A DNA stretch of 64,000 nucleotides from Thermostichus sp. DRC_bins_24. GTDB taxonomy: Bacteria > Cyanobacteriota > Cyanobacteriia > Thermostichales > Thermostichaceae. Position 1 is the first letter of the stretch; each line of letters opens with the position of its first letter. Made by a program: the position numbers and the translations under genes. Of this stretch, positions 53,367 through 63,778 are shown one piece after another. The DNA is taken from positions 1 through 64,000 of the forward strand of contig JAUQVK010000112.1 in NCBI GenBank assembly GCA_039794845.1, given 5' to 3'. The notes below the pieces were generated by a model that was given only the letters and a program-made list of their open reading frames with translations, was not told the origin of the DNA and ran no database searches.

Positions 53367-53399
53367 ATTCTACGAAGCTCAAATTAAGTGAGGTTTAAG
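53367..53399 (-). promoter_or_regulatory. Pho box (SphR-type) and -10 element for nptA
   Basis: Minus strand CTTAAACC-n3-CTTAATTT (11-bp period), then TAGAAT 8 bp downstream. Confidence 0.72.
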
Positions 53400-53490
53400 A
53401 GAAAGAGAAATTGTGGAGAAGGGATCCCCAAACACAACTATCCGCTCTCCCCTATGCCAAACGGAATCGCGGGCCGTAGAGAAGAGCGGT

Positions 53491-53701
53491 CTAGCGGGCC
53501 TTCAACTGGAACCTGACTGCCGGGAGGAACCCCAAGCGAGCAAGAACGTGAAGACTCTTCAGTAAACTGAAGGATCTGAGTTCAGATCGTCAGAGAACAG
53601 CCCCGGCGCACAGCCGGCTGACCCCAACTTGATGACCCTTACAACTACTGCTATCTGGCATGGGCAAGAACCTCCCTTACTCGACGACACCCTGAGGCTA
53701 G
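53491..53701 (+). ncRNA. ssrS: 6S RNA (ends approximate)
   Basis: Cyanobacterial 6S blocks GAGTTCAGATC, GACCCTTACAACTACTGCTATCTGGCA and CTCGACGACACC; complementary ends. Confidence 0.88.
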
Positions 53702-53869
53702 CATAAATCCCTATCAGCGGTTCACTTCAGCCCTTCGCAGAGGTTGGTTTTGCCCGATATCGCTATCGCCCGATATCGCTGTCGGATGATGGCTAGGGTT
53801 TGTCTGGGAATACCCCTTTCCAGCAACAGCGTAGGATAGAGAAACGCCATTTAGCCTGCTCGAATCGCC

Positions 53870-56671
53870 GTGGACTACAAAAGCACCCTTAACCTGCCCC
53901 AAACTCAGTTTTCCATGCGGGCAGAGGCCGCCAAGAAAGAACCCGCCATTCAAGCCTTTTGGCAGGAAGAGCAGATTTATCAACGCCTTTCGGAAAACAA
54001 CAGCGGGGATCCCTTTGTGCTGCACGATGGGCCGCCCTACGCCAATGGCGACATTCACATGGGCACCACCCTCAACAAGATCCTCAAGGATATTGTCAAC
54101 AAGTATCAGATCCTGCGAGGACGCAAGGTGCGCTACGTGCCCGGCTGGGACTGTCATGGCCTGCCGATCGAGCTGAAGGTGCTGCAAAGCCTGCCCGCCC
54201 AAGAGCGGGAAAGTCTCACCCCCCTGCAACTGCGGCAAAAGGCCAAAGCCTATGCCCTGGGCTACATCGATACCCAGCGCACCAGCTTCAAACGCTTGGG
54301 GGTATGGGGATCCTGGGATCGGCCGTACATGACCCTGAAACCCGAATACGAAGCCGCCCAGATCGAGGTGTTTGGGCAGATGGCCCTGAAGGGGTATATC
54401 TACCGTGGCCTCAAGCCGGTGCATTGGAGCCCCAGCTCCCAGACGGCCTTGGCCGAAGCAGAGTTGGAATATCCCGAGAATCACATCTCCCGCAGCATCT
54501 ATGTGGCCTTTCCCCTGAAAAGCCTCAGCCCCTCAGCCCAAGCGGTTTTGGATCCCTTTCTGCCGGGTTTGCGGGTGGCCATTTGGACCACGACCCCCTG
54601 GACGATCCCGGCCAACTTGGCCCTCTGTTTTAGCCCCAAGCTCACCTATGCCGTGGTGGAATCCCCAACCTTTGGGCATCTCCTAATCGCGGCGGATCTA
54701 CGGGGGCGGCTGGAAAAAGTCTTAGAAACCTCCCTTGAGGTAAAGGCGACCCTACCGGGCTCCGCCCTGGAATACTCCCAAGGGCAGCACCCCCTCTACG
54801 ACCGCACCAGCCTCTGTGTCTTGGGAGAATACGTCACCACCGAATCGGGGACCGGCATTGTCCATACCGCCCCAGGACATGGGGAAGACGACTTCAAAAC
54901 CGGCCAAAAATATGGCCTGCCCATCCTCAGCCCGGTGGATGATCAGGGAAAATTTACGGCTGAGGCGGGGGCCGATTTTGTCGGGTTGGATGTGCTCTCC
55001 AAAAAGCCGGAAACCAGTGGCAATGCCGCCGTGATCAAGGCTCTGCAGGCAGCCGGTGCCCTCCTCAAAGAAGAACCCTACAACCACAAATATCCCTACG
55101 ACTGGCGCACCAAGGAGCCGACGATTTTTCGGGCCACCGAGCAGTGGTTTGCCTCCGTTGCCGGATTCCGGGATCTGGCCCTGAAGGCGATCAAAGACGT
55201 GAAATGGATCCCGGCGATTGGCGAAAATCGCATCACCGCGATGGTGGCAGAACGTTCCGATTGGTGCATTTCCCGGCAACGGGCCTGGGGTGTGCCCATC
55301 CCCGTATTTTACGACGAAGAAACCGGGGATCCCTTGCTCACGGCCGAAACCATTGACCACATCAAAACCATTTTTGCCCAAGAGGGATCCGATGCTTGGT
55401 GGACTCACTCGGTGGAAGACCTGCTGCCGGAAACCTACCGTCACAATGGCCGTACCTACCGCAAGGGCATGGACACAATGGATGTCTGGTTTGACTCCGG
55501 TTCTTCTTGGGCAGCGGTGGCCAAAGCACAGGGACTGGGCTATCCCGTGGATATGTATTTGGAGGGATCCGATCAACACCGGGGTTGGTTCCAATCCAGT
55601 TTGCTCACGTCCGTGGCGGTGAATGGTCATGCCCCCTACAAATCGGTGTTGACCCACGGATTTGTGCTGGATGAAAAAGGCCAGAAAATGAGCAAATCCC
55701 TGGGCAATGTGATTGACCCGATGCTGTTGATCAACGGCGGAAAAAATCTGCAAACGGATCCCGCCTATGGGGCCGATGTGCTGCGGCTATGGGTTTCTAG
55801 TGTGGATTATTCCGGTGATGTGCCGCTGGGCAAAACCATTCTTGGCCAAATGGCGGATGTGTACCGCAAGATCCGCAATACTGCTCGGTTTTTATTGAGC
55901 AACCTCTATGATTTTGACCCGGCCCAGGATGCTCTGTCTTTTGCTGAACTGACGGAGTTGGATCGCTACATTCTCCACCGCCTGAAAGCGGTGGGATCCG
56001 AAATCACCGAGTCTTTTGAGAGTTACCAGTTCTACCGCTTTTTCCAAGCAATTCAGAATTTTTGCGTGGTGGATCTCTCCAATTTTTATTTGGATATCAG
56101 CAAGGACCGTCTGTATATTAGCCATGCCCAAAGTCCACGGCGGCGACAATGTCAAACGGTGCTGGCCATCCTGCTGGAAAATCTGGCCAAGGCAATTGCC
56201 CCCGTTCTGTCCCACATGGCCGAGGAAATTTGGATGCATCTTCCCTACCCCAAGCCCACCCCATCGGTGTTCGAAGCGGGCTGGATGAGCTTGCCCGAGA
56301 CTTGGTCGGATCCCCAGTTGTCTGCCACCTGGGAGCAGTTGCGTTCTGTACGGCAAGAGGTGAACAAAGCCCTCGAGCAAGCCCGCACCGAAAAGCTGAT
56401 CGGGGCGTCCACCGAAGCCAAGGTCATCCTTAAGGTGGGGGATCCCGGTCTTTACCGGATCCTGGAAGATCATGCTGCGGAGTTGCGTTACCTATTGATT
56501 ACCTCACAGGTAGAAGTGGCCAAATCGACAGAGGGGTTGGAGATCATTGTTCAGCCTGCCGAGGGTAAAAAATGCGTGCGCTGCTGGAACCATTCCATTC
56601 ATGTGGGCGAATCCGCCGAGCATCCAGAATTGTGTGAGCGCTGTGTGGCGGCTTTAGCAGGAACCTTTTGA
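53870..56671 (+). CDS. ileS: Isoleucine-tRNA ligase
   Basis: LHDGPPYANG-x-IHMG, WTTTPWT, DWCISRQR, GSDQHRGWF, KMSKS, C-terminal zinc finger. Confidence 0.99.
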   Translation: MDYKSTLNLPQTQFSMRAEAAKKEPAIQAFWQEEQIYQRLSENNSGDPFVLHDGPPYANGDIHMGTTLNKILKDIVNKYQILRGRKVRYVPGWDCHGLPIELKVLQSLPAQERESLTPLQLRQKAKAYALGYIDTQRTSFKRLGVWGSWDRPYMTLKPEYEAAQIEVFGQMALKGYIYRGLKPVHWSPSSQTALAEAELEYPENHISRSIYVAFPLKSLSPSAQAVLDPFLPGLRVAIWTTTPWTIPANLALCFSPKLTYAVVESPTFGHLLIAADLRGRLEKVLETSLEVKATLPGSALEYSQGQHPLYDRTSLCVLGEYVTTESGTGIVHTAPGHGEDDFKTGQKYGLPILSPVDDQGKFTAEAGADFVGLDVLSKKPETSGNAAVIKALQAAGALLKEEPYNHKYPYDWRTKEPTIFRATEQWFASVAGFRDLALKAIKDVKWIPAIGENRITAMVAERSDWCISRQRAWGVPIPVFYDEETGDPLLTAETIDHIKTIFAQEGSDAWWTHSVEDLLPETYRHNGRTYRKGMDTMDVWFDSGSSWAAVAKAQGLGYPVDMYLEGSDQHRGWFQSSLLTSVAVNGHAPYKSVLTHGFVLDEKGQKMSKSLGNVIDPMLLINGGKNLQTDPAYGADVLRLWVSSVDYSGDVPLGKTILGQMADVYRKIRNTARFLLSNLYDFDPAQDALSFAELTELDRYILHRLKAVGSEITESFESYQFYRFFQAIQNFCVVDLSNFYLDISKDRLYISHAQSPRRRQCQTVLAILLENLAKAIAPVLSHMAEEIWMHLPYPKPTPSVFEAGWMSLPETWSDPQLSATWEQLRSVRQEVNKALEQARTEKLIGASTEAKVILKVGDPGLYRILEDHAAELRYLLITSQVEVAKSTEGLEIIVQPAEGKKCVRCWNHSIHVGESAEHPELCERCVAALAGTF

Positions 56672-56928
56672 GTATTTGGCCAACTCAGGCAGATAGGGTT
56701 ACAACCCCTCACCTAGCCGTTGCAAATGGATTCTGGAGGAGTCTCACCGGATGATTGATTGCTGCGGGCATTCTCCGGAATCGGCCACCGGGAGATGCCA
56801 GCAGAGGAAGCAGGCTGCTGTCAGCACCTCAGGCAATGCACGAAATCTAGCACGCAGCAGACCCCTCCACCCCAAAGATGGCCTTGGGGATCCCATCCTA
56901 AATCTGAATTCAAAATCAATGGGATCCG

Positions 56929-57153
56929 CTATTGCCCCTGCTGCTCTATGGCACGGCGCAATTCACTGGCCATGTCCATAAACTCTCGCGGATTACCCGC
57001 AGTGCCATAGGAGGAGCGATCTTGAACCTTCTTGCCGCTGCCTTGGCGGGTACGGCTGTTGAACAAGGAACTGGCCATGTCCAGGAACTTAGCGGGATTT
57101 CCCTCGCTGCTGGCCCGCGTTGAGGAGCCCCGTCCGGCACGAGTGATAGCCAT
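56929..57153 (-). CDS. 74-aa protein with duplicated GNPxxFxDMAS motif
   Basis: Internal repeat conserved at protein level (GNPAKFLDMASSL / GNPREFMDMASEL). Confidence 0.75.
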   Translation of the reverse strand: MAITRAGRGSSTRASSEGNPAKFLDMASSLFNSRTRQGSGKKVQDRSSYGTAGNPREFMDMASELRRAIEQQGQ

Positions 57154-57260
57154 AACTGTCGCGATTCTCAGAAATGAAATGCTTGTTCACATCATCCCAC
57201 AAGGGATCGGCGATCAACCAGGGCAAATGCTGCATCTTGTTAAGCCGCCCCAAGGTGAGG

Positions 57261-58079
57261 TCAGCGGGTTGTGGTCTTCTCTTGGGTGAAGCGATGGGTC
57301 AGCCAAATGGGGAGCACCGTCAGGGCAATCACTCCCAAAGCCACCACGTTGATCACCGGGCGCTGTCGGGGCTTGGTCAATTGGCTAAACACCCAAATCG
57401 GCAAGGTTTGCTGTTGTCCGGCCGTGAAGGTGGTGACGATGATCTCATCAAAAGACAGGGCAAACGCCAGCAGGGATCCCGCCAATAGAGCTGTGGCCAG
57501 CTCAGGCAAAAGAATGTGCCGAAAAGTTTGCAGAGGATTGGCCCCCAGATCCGCAGAGGCTTCCAGTTGCGAACGTCCCATGCGGCGAAACCGGGCCAGC
57601 ACGTTGTTGTACACCACCACCAAGCAGAAGGTGGCATGGCCGATGACAATTGTCCAAAAGCTAAAGGGGATGTGGAGCAAATTCACCGCCGAACGCAAGG
57701 CGATCCCGGAGACAATGCCCGGCAAGGCAATGGGCAGCAACACCAAAAAGGAGATCGTCTCACGGCCAAAAAATCGACTGCGATAGACCGCCGCCGCCGC
57801 CAGGGATCCCAGCACCACGGCCACCCCCGTCGCCACCAAAGCCACCCGCAACGACAAAAACAAGGCCCGCCAAATATCCGCCCGTCCCCACGCCACCCCA
57901 AACCAATGCCACGTCAGCCCCGGTAACGGAAAGCGCAAGGTCGCCTCATCGGAGGAAAATGCATAGAGAATGATCACCAACAAGGGCAAATGGAGAAAGA
58001 GCAGCACCCCCAGCGAGAGGATGATCCAAGGCCACCGGCTGACGGGAAGAACCAAACGGGGGAAAGAGCGAAACAGCAT
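57261..58079 (-). CDS. PotC-like ABC permease
   Basis: [21 protein letters not shown] (EAA motif), FALSFDE, TLPIW. Confidence 0.9.
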   Translation of the reverse strand: MLFRSFPRLVLPVSRWPWIILSLGVLLFLHLPLLVIILYAFSSDEATLRFPLPGLTWHWFGVAWGRADIWRALFLSLRVALVATGVAVVLGSLAAAAVYRSRFFGRETISFLVLLPIALPGIVSGIALRSAVNLLHIPFSFWTIVIGHATFCLVVVYNNVLARFRRMGRSQLEASADLGANPLQTFRHILLPELATALLAGSLLAFALSFDEIIVTTFTAGQQQTLPIWVFSQLTKPRQRPVINVVALGVIALTVLPIWLTHRFTQEKTTTR

Positions 58080-58102
58080 GGGGGTTAGTCTACAAATAAT
58101 CC

Positions 58103-58630
58103 TCAAAAATAGCCGGCATTTTTCAGGCTTTGCATCACCAAGTCAATACATTCCGGGATGCTTTGTTCTGCCGTTTTACACACTACTTCAGGATATTCCG
58201 GGGGCTCGTAAGGATCGTCAATGCCGGTGAAATGCTGAATTAAACCCGCCCGCGCCTTTTGATATAGGCCCTTCACATCCCGACGTTCGCATACCTCAAG
58301 AGGGGCATCCACAAAGACTTCGATAAAGTTGCCAATGTGCTGCCGTACCTCCTGCCGCACCGCCCGATAGGGGGAAATGGCCGATACCAACACGATCACC
58401 CCCTGCCGAGTCAGAAGACCCGCCACAAACCCAATGCGGCGAATGTTCTCGTCCCGATCCGTCTTGCTAAAGCCCAGCCCTTTGGTGAGGTGTTGCCGCA
58501 CCACATCCCCGTCTAGCACCTCCACAGGCAGCCCCCAAGCCCGTAGCTGTTGGGCCACTCCTTGACTGAGGGTGGTTTTGCCCGCTCCGCTTAGCCCCGT
58601 AAACCAAACCGTTACCCCCCGCCGCGACAT
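58103..58630 (-). CDS. cysC: Adenylyl-sulfate kinase
   Basis: [32 protein letters not shown]. Confidence 0.98.
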   Translation of the reverse strand: MSRRGVTVWFTGLSGAGKTTLSQGVAQQLRAWGLPVEVLDGDVVRQHLTKGLGFSKTDRDENIRRIGFVAGLLTRQGVIVLVSAISPYRAVRQEVRQHIGNFIEVFVDAPLEVCERRDVKGLYQKARAGLIQHFTGIDDPYEPPEYPEVVCKTAEQSIPECIDLVMQSLKNAGYF

Positions 58631-58720
58631 CCGTTGGATCCCTTACCCTTTGGCCTCGCCAGAATATCATCTCCAAAAGCGCGGTGATACACTCGAAGGA
58701 TTGCGCATCCTACCCAAGCC

Positions 58721-59971
58721 ATGTCACCCCTGACTTCCACTCTTGTTGATGCCACCACGGGATCCCCGACCACCGCTGAGCTGTTTGCCGACCATGTGAT
58801 GTCCACCTATGGGCGCTATCCCCTGACGTTGGTGCGGGGGCAGGGCTGTCGTGTTTGGGATGAAGAAGGGCGCGAGTATCTGGATTTTGTCGCTGGCATT
58901 GCCACCTGCACCCTGGGCCATGCCCACCCGGTTTGGATTCAGGCCCTTACCGAACAGGCGCAACGGCTCCACCACGTTTCCAACCTCTACTACAACCTGC
59001 CGCAGGCGCAACTGGCCCAATGGCTGACCCAGCACTCTTGTGCCGATAAAGTCTTTTTCTGCAACTCTGGGGCGGAGGCCAATGAAGGAGCCCTCAAACT
59101 GGCTCGCAAGTATGCCCATACGGTGCGTGGGATCCCAGATCCGGTGATTCTCACCGCCCATGCCAGCTTTCATGGCCGGACCCTAGCTACCGTCACCGCC
59201 ACCGGCCAGCCGAAATACCAAAAAGACTTTGCCCCCTTGGTGCCTGGTTTTGCCTATGTTCCCTACAACGATATCGAGGGCACCGAAGCGGTTTTGAACC
59301 AGTTTGGCGAGCGAGTTTGTGCGGTGTTGCTGGAGCCTTTGCAGGGGGAAGGGGGGGTTTTGCCGGGGGAGCCCGCCTATTTTCAGTGGTTGCGCCAGGT
59401 TTGTACGCAGCGGGGCATTTTGCTGATTTTGGATGAAGTGCAGGTGGGCATGGGCCGTACCGGTAGGCTCTGGGGCCACTGCAACCTGGGGGTGGAGCCG
59501 GATATATTCACCTTGGCCAAGGGCTTGGCCGGTGGGATCCCCATCGGGGCGCTGTTGGCGAAAGACTTTTGTGCCGTGTTTCAGCCGGGGGATCATGCCA
59601 GTACCTTTGGGGGCAACCCCCTGGCTTGTGCGGTGGGGCTGGCGGTCTGCCGCACCTTGATGTTGGAAAGTTTGGTCTGGAATGCCCAGCAGACGGGGGC
59701 TTATTTGCACCAAGGCTTATCTCGACTGGCGGAACAGTTCCCGCAGGTGATCCAGCAGGTGCGGGGTTGGGGCTTGATCCAGGGGTTGGTGGTGCGGATC
59801 CCGGCAGCCGAAGTGGTCAAAGCTGCCATGGCCTCCGGGTTGTTGTTGGTGCCAGCGGGGCCCCAGGTGGTGCGGTTTGTGCCGCCGTTGATCGTCACCC
59901 CTGCGGAAATTGACCGGGCTCTGGCGATGTTGGAGACGGCTTTGCAGAGTTTGGCTGCTCAGGGATCCTAA
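58721..59971 (+). CDS. argD: Acetylornithine aminotransferase
   Basis: CNSGAEANE, FHGRT, EPLQGEGG, DEVQVG, AKGLAGG. Confidence 0.93.
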   Translation: MSPLTSTLVDATTGSPTTAELFADHVMSTYGRYPLTLVRGQGCRVWDEEGREYLDFVAGIATCTLGHAHPVWIQALTEQAQRLHHVSNLYYNLPQAQLAQWLTQHSCADKVFFCNSGAEANEGALKLARKYAHTVRGIPDPVILTAHASFHGRTLATVTATGQPKYQKDFAPLVPGFAYVPYNDIEGTEAVLNQFGERVCAVLLEPLQGEGGVLPGEPAYFQWLRQVCTQRGILLILDEVQVGMGRTGRLWGHCNLGVEPDIFTLAKGLAGGIPIGALLAKDFCAVFQPGDHASTFGGNPLACAVGLAVCRTLMLESLVWNAQQTGAYLHQGLSRLAEQFPQVIQQVRGWGLIQGLVVRIPAAEVVKAAMASGLLLVPAGPQVVRFVPPLIVTPAEIDRALAMLETALQSLAAQGS

Positions 59972-59973
59972 TC

Positions 59974-60423
59974 CTAAGCGGGCCGTTCCCAGGCTTGCCG
60001 CAAAAACTCCTGTAACCGTTGCCGGGCAGTGGGTTCGTTGGGTTCAGGATCCCTTGCCTGTTCCAGCAGGGGCAGCAGATCCTCGGCATAGGCGGGGACA
60101 AATCCGGCGGCGGGCCAGAGCAAATCGGAGGTGGCCTGTAGGCTCAACACCCGGGATCCCTGCTTGAGCAGGAGAGGCCGTACCCAGAGCAGGGTTGTGG
60201 ATTCTGCCGGAGCAGGAGAGTCTGGGCCGAGACTGTGGAGGGAAGTCTGAATCAGCTCCACGTACAGGGTGGCTTGCGGCCCTTGCAGGGTGAGGATGGG
60301 GCGGGGCGGCGGCGTGGGGTTGACTTCCACCGAATCGGGCAAAGGGCGACCCTCCAAGTGAAAAACCGAATCAACAGCCTCACCAGAACCACATTTGGCA
60401 GGCAGACGGGGGAACAAGGTCAT
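59974..60423 (-). CDS. Hypothetical protein
   Basis: LYVELIQ, LWVRPLLL, DLLWP, QEFLRQAW pattern typical of a cyanobacterial hypothetical. Confidence 0.7.
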   Translation of the reverse strand: MTLFPRLPAKCGSGEAVDSVFHLEGRPLPDSVEVNPTPPPRPILTLQGPQATLYVELIQTSLHSLGPDSPAPAESTTLLWVRPLLLKQGSRVLSLQATSDLLWPAAGFVPAYAEDLLPLLEQARDPEPNEPTARQRLQEFLRQAWERPA

Positions 60424-60604
60424 GCAGAAGTTCAGCTCAAGGTTACGCAAACTCTTTTTATCGTAACGGAAGGGATCTTCCGTCTGGGTGAGGAGGTGGG
60501 ATCCCCAGGCAGCAGCGCGATTCCGTCCATCGCAGACATTTCGTGAACTCCATTTTGTGGCATGGTGCTAAGTAACGATCCCTCGGAATTTGACTGATCC
60601 TGCC

Positions 60605-61453
60605 ATGATGCACACTTTTGTCCCGCCCCACCGCTTTTTCCCCTACTTGACCTGGACCGAGATCCAGGCCATGCCCGACAAAGAGAATGTGGTGATCATT
60701 CAGCCGGTTGCCTCGATTGAACAGCATGGGCCACATCTGCCGCTGGTGGTGGATTCCTCGATTGGCACAGCCATCATCGGACGCGCCATGGAAAAGTTGG
60801 ATCCCGAGATTCCCGCCTATGTTTTGCCCACCCAGTGCTATGGCAAAGCCAACGAACACTGGCATTTTCCTGGCACCATCGCCCTCACAGCCCAAACCCT
60901 GATGGCGGTGCTTACAGAAGTGGCTGAAAGCGTTTACCGAGCCGGATTCCGCAAGCTGGTGTTCCTCAACTCCCACGGCGGCCAACCGCAGGTGCTGGAG
61001 ATCGTCGCCCGCGATGTTCATCAAAAGTACGAAGATTTCATGCTCTTCCCGGTGTCGGCCTGGCGCGTTCCCCACGAGGGGCGGGATCTGTTTACCGAGA
61101 AAGAACGGGAATTTGGTATTCATGCGGGCGATGGCGAAACCAGCATCCTGATGCACATCCTGCCCGACACGGTGCGAACCGACAAACTGGTGTGCGAGTA
61201 TCCCCACGACCTGCCGGAGAATAGCCTGCTGAGCATGGAAGGAGCGATCCCCTTTGCGTGGGTAACCCGCGATCTCACCCAGAGTGGGGTCTTGGGCGAT
61301 GCCACCGCCGCCACACCGGAAAAAGGCAAGCTGCTGGTGGAGTCGATGTCGGATGGCTGGGTGCGGCTGATCAAGGATCTGCACAAGTTCCAACAGCCCA
61401 AGGCTTGGCGAAAATCTGTGCCCAGCGTTGCCCCGGTGCCCAGCTTGGCTTAG
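60605..61453 (+). CDS. Creatininase family amidohydrolase
   Basis: EQHGPHLP, EH-x2-FPGT, NSHGGQ, HAGDGETS, GVLGD. Confidence 0.93.
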   Translation: MMHTFVPPHRFFPYLTWTEIQAMPDKENVVIIQPVASIEQHGPHLPLVVDSSIGTAIIGRAMEKLDPEIPAYVLPTQCYGKANEHWHFPGTIALTAQTLMAVLTEVAESVYRAGFRKLVFLNSHGGQPQVLEIVARDVHQKYEDFMLFPVSAWRVPHEGRDLFTEKEREFGIHAGDGETSILMHILPDTVRTDKLVCEYPHDLPENSLLSMEGAIPFAWVTRDLTQSGVLGDATAATPEKGKLLVESMSDGWVRLIKDLHKFQQPKAWRKSVPSVAPVPSLA

Positions 61454-61467
61454 GGCTTAGGGATCCC

Positions 61468-63582
61468 TTACAGGCGCTGGCTTACCAAGGTACGTCCCTC
61501 TTGGGTGTAGAGCTGCCAGTAGTTCCAATAGTTACCGAACACAGACTTAACGTAACCACGGGTTTCGGCAAAGGGGATCTGCTCCACAAACAGATCCGGA
61601 TCCGTCAGGCCGTATCGGTTAAGCCAGCGGGCCACATTGCCCGGGCCACCGTTGTAGCTGGCTAAAGCCAGCAGGGTGTTGTCCTGGTAGGTACGGTGGG
61701 TATAGTCCAGATACCAGGATCCCAAGTAGAGGTTATCGGCGGGGTTGGTGAGGCTGTACTGAGTCAAGCCAATCTGTTGAGCAATCCACTGTCCGGTGGC
61801 GGGCATTACCTGCATCAAGCCTAGAGCCCCTGACACCGAAACGATCTCCGGCTCAAAGCGCGATTCCTGCCGAATTAAAGCGGCCACCATGAGCGGGTTG
61901 AGGTTGAACTGCCGCGACCAACGGGCCATACCCGACCGGCTGTAGGGATCCTCGTTCCAGGTATTATCTGGGCTGGCATAGTAGTGCAGCGGGTAAATGG
62001 CCTGCCAGAAATCCTGTCGCTGCCTAAGGGTGGCCAAAAGGGGATCCGGATCCTCGCTAAAGCGCAGAGCCGCCACTTGGTTAATGCCCCGCAGATGATC
62101 CCCAGCCTTGTTGCGCAGAATGCCCGTAACAAAGCGCTCTTGGATGCTCATCTGTTGAGGAGCCCGCTGCACAGGGGTCTCCCCTTGCCAGCGTTCCCAG
62201 GCCAGTTGCCTGGCCCCGATCAGGTGCAGGGTTTGAGTGGCATCGGAAACCCCCGGGAGCGGTAGGCGCACCGGCTGAAAATCCACCTCCACTCGTTTGC
62301 GGCCACTGCCAAAATCTCCCACGGGCCAACCCAGCTGTACCGCCGACCGCCAGCCGTAGTAGGTGTGGGGAAACTGGTTGAGCACCGACTGATAGGTTTG
62401 GCGGGCGGCGGCGGTATCCCCCAGTTGTTCCCGCCACTTGCCCGCCCAGTAGAGCAGTTGGGCCCCCATTTCCGTATCCCGCTGGCGGGATCCCACCTGT
62501 TGGGCAATGGCGATGGCTGGGCTGAGGTTACCCGCTTGGGCTTGGTTCCAAGCCATTGTCCAGGCGGCGTTGGCAGCAGCTTCGCTGTGGGGAAAGCGCT
62601 CCCAGAGGGCTTGCCGGGTGGCTTGGGCGGATTGGGGGCTGGCGTTGCGGTCGTACAGTTGGCTGAGGCTGAGCAGGGCTTCTGGAGCCTCTTTATCCGA
62701 GCCGGATCCCACTTGTTTGAGCAATTCAATCGCCGTGGGTAGGTCGCTCAGATCCGCCAGGCGGCGACGGGTCAGGGAGGCATCCGGCCCATCGGGAAAT
62801 TGCGCCAACAGGGCTTGGTAGGCAGCTACTGCCTGAGGGAACTCTCGCGAGATCTGGTGGCTACGACCCCAACGGTAAAGATTCTGGGAAGTCGCCGGGG
62901 CACGACCATAGGCACGGGCGGCCTTGCCGTACTCCCGTTGCTCCCAGTAGGCGTCGGCGATGATCTGCCAATCTGCCGCCGAGAGAGAGGCCTCTTGGGC
63001 TTGTCGCCAGCGATCCAACAGAGGGGTTAAGCCAGATGTTTGGGGATGGTGTTGAGCCAGATCCCGCAGCAGGTCGAAGCGTTCGGGACTAAGGCCCAGC
63101 AAATGCTTGAGCGCACGTCCGGTCACCGGGTGGGTGGGAAATTGTTGCCGCAGCCGATCAACCTTGCCCATACCCCAGAGGGCGTAGGCGGCGACCGGGC
63201 TGGTGGGGTACTGTTCCAGGATCTTGGGCCACCAAACTCCTCGGGCGGTTTCCTTGTCCTGTAACTGCTCGTAGGCTTGTGCCCGCAGCTTCCAAATCTC
63301 ATCCGTCAAGACCGGCAGACTGTCTTCCAACCCTTGCAAGTAACGCAGGGCCGACTCGGCTTGGCCTGCTTGTAGGGCGGCATAGGCTTGCAAAAAGGCA
63401 GCAGTAGATGTTTGGGGCAGTTGCGTCGGGTCTAGTCCCTCAATCGTAGAAGCCACTTCTACGGTTTCTGCTTGAGACAGAGCACCGGATCCCCATAGCG
63501 CCCCCCCCAAAGCTGCACCCAACATCAGGACTCCGGTTACCATCCCTGTCCAGAGTCGGTTGTTGTTCGACGGGATCCCCAT
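61468..63582 (-). CDS. slt: Lytic transglycosylase with TPR repeats
   Basis: RQESRF, GALGLMQVMP, ASYNGGPG, IPFAETRGYV. Confidence 0.93.
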   Translation of the reverse strand: MGIPSNNNRLWTGMVTGVLMLGAALGGALWGSGALSQAETVEVASTIEGLDPTQLPQTSTAAFLQAYAALQAGQAESALRYLQGLEDSLPVLTDEIWKLRAQAYEQLQDKETARGVWWPKILEQYPTSPVAAYALWGMGKVDRLRQQFPTHPVTGRALKHLLGLSPERFDLLRDLAQHHPQTSGLTPLLDRWRQAQEASLSAADWQIIADAYWEQREYGKAARAYGRAPATSQNLYRWGRSHQISREFPQAVAAYQALLAQFPDGPDASLTRRRLADLSDLPTAIELLKQVGSGSDKEAPEALLSLSQLYDRNASPQSAQATRQALWERFPHSEAAANAAWTMAWNQAQAGNLSPAIAIAQQVGSRQRDTEMGAQLLYWAGKWREQLGDTAAARQTYQSVLNQFPHTYYGWRSAVQLGWPVGDFGSGRKRVEVDFQPVRLPLPGVSDATQTLHLIGARQLAWERWQGETPVQRAPQQMSIQERFVTGILRNKAGDHLRGINQVAALRFSEDPDPLLATLRQRQDFWQAIYPLHYYASPDNTWNEDPYSRSGMARWSRQFNLNPLMVAALIRQESRFEPEIVSVSGALGLMQVMPATGQWIAQQIGLTQYSLTNPADNLYLGSWYLDYTHRTYQDNTLLALASYNGGPGNVARWLNRYGLTDPDLFVEQIPFAETRGYVKSVFGNYWNYWQLYTQEGRTLVSQRL

Positions 63583-63778
63583 GTTCTTCTCCCCACAAAG
63601 TCTTCGACTAAGATACTCAACCTCGGAGAATAGTGATCTACGAAAAGGCGCTCTCTAGACAACACTCTCCGGTATCCCCATTGTTCACAGATTTCTGACA
63701 GGAGTTCTGGACAGTTACGCTGTTGCAGACTACTGTGGAGGCAATTTACGTTTACACAAAGCGTGTGGGGTGGGATCC

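Noticed and set aside
56760..56803. Strong hairpin and a 50-codon minus-strand ORF after ileS
   Set aside because: No U tract, second copy or coding support; most simply a 3'-end structure between convergent genes
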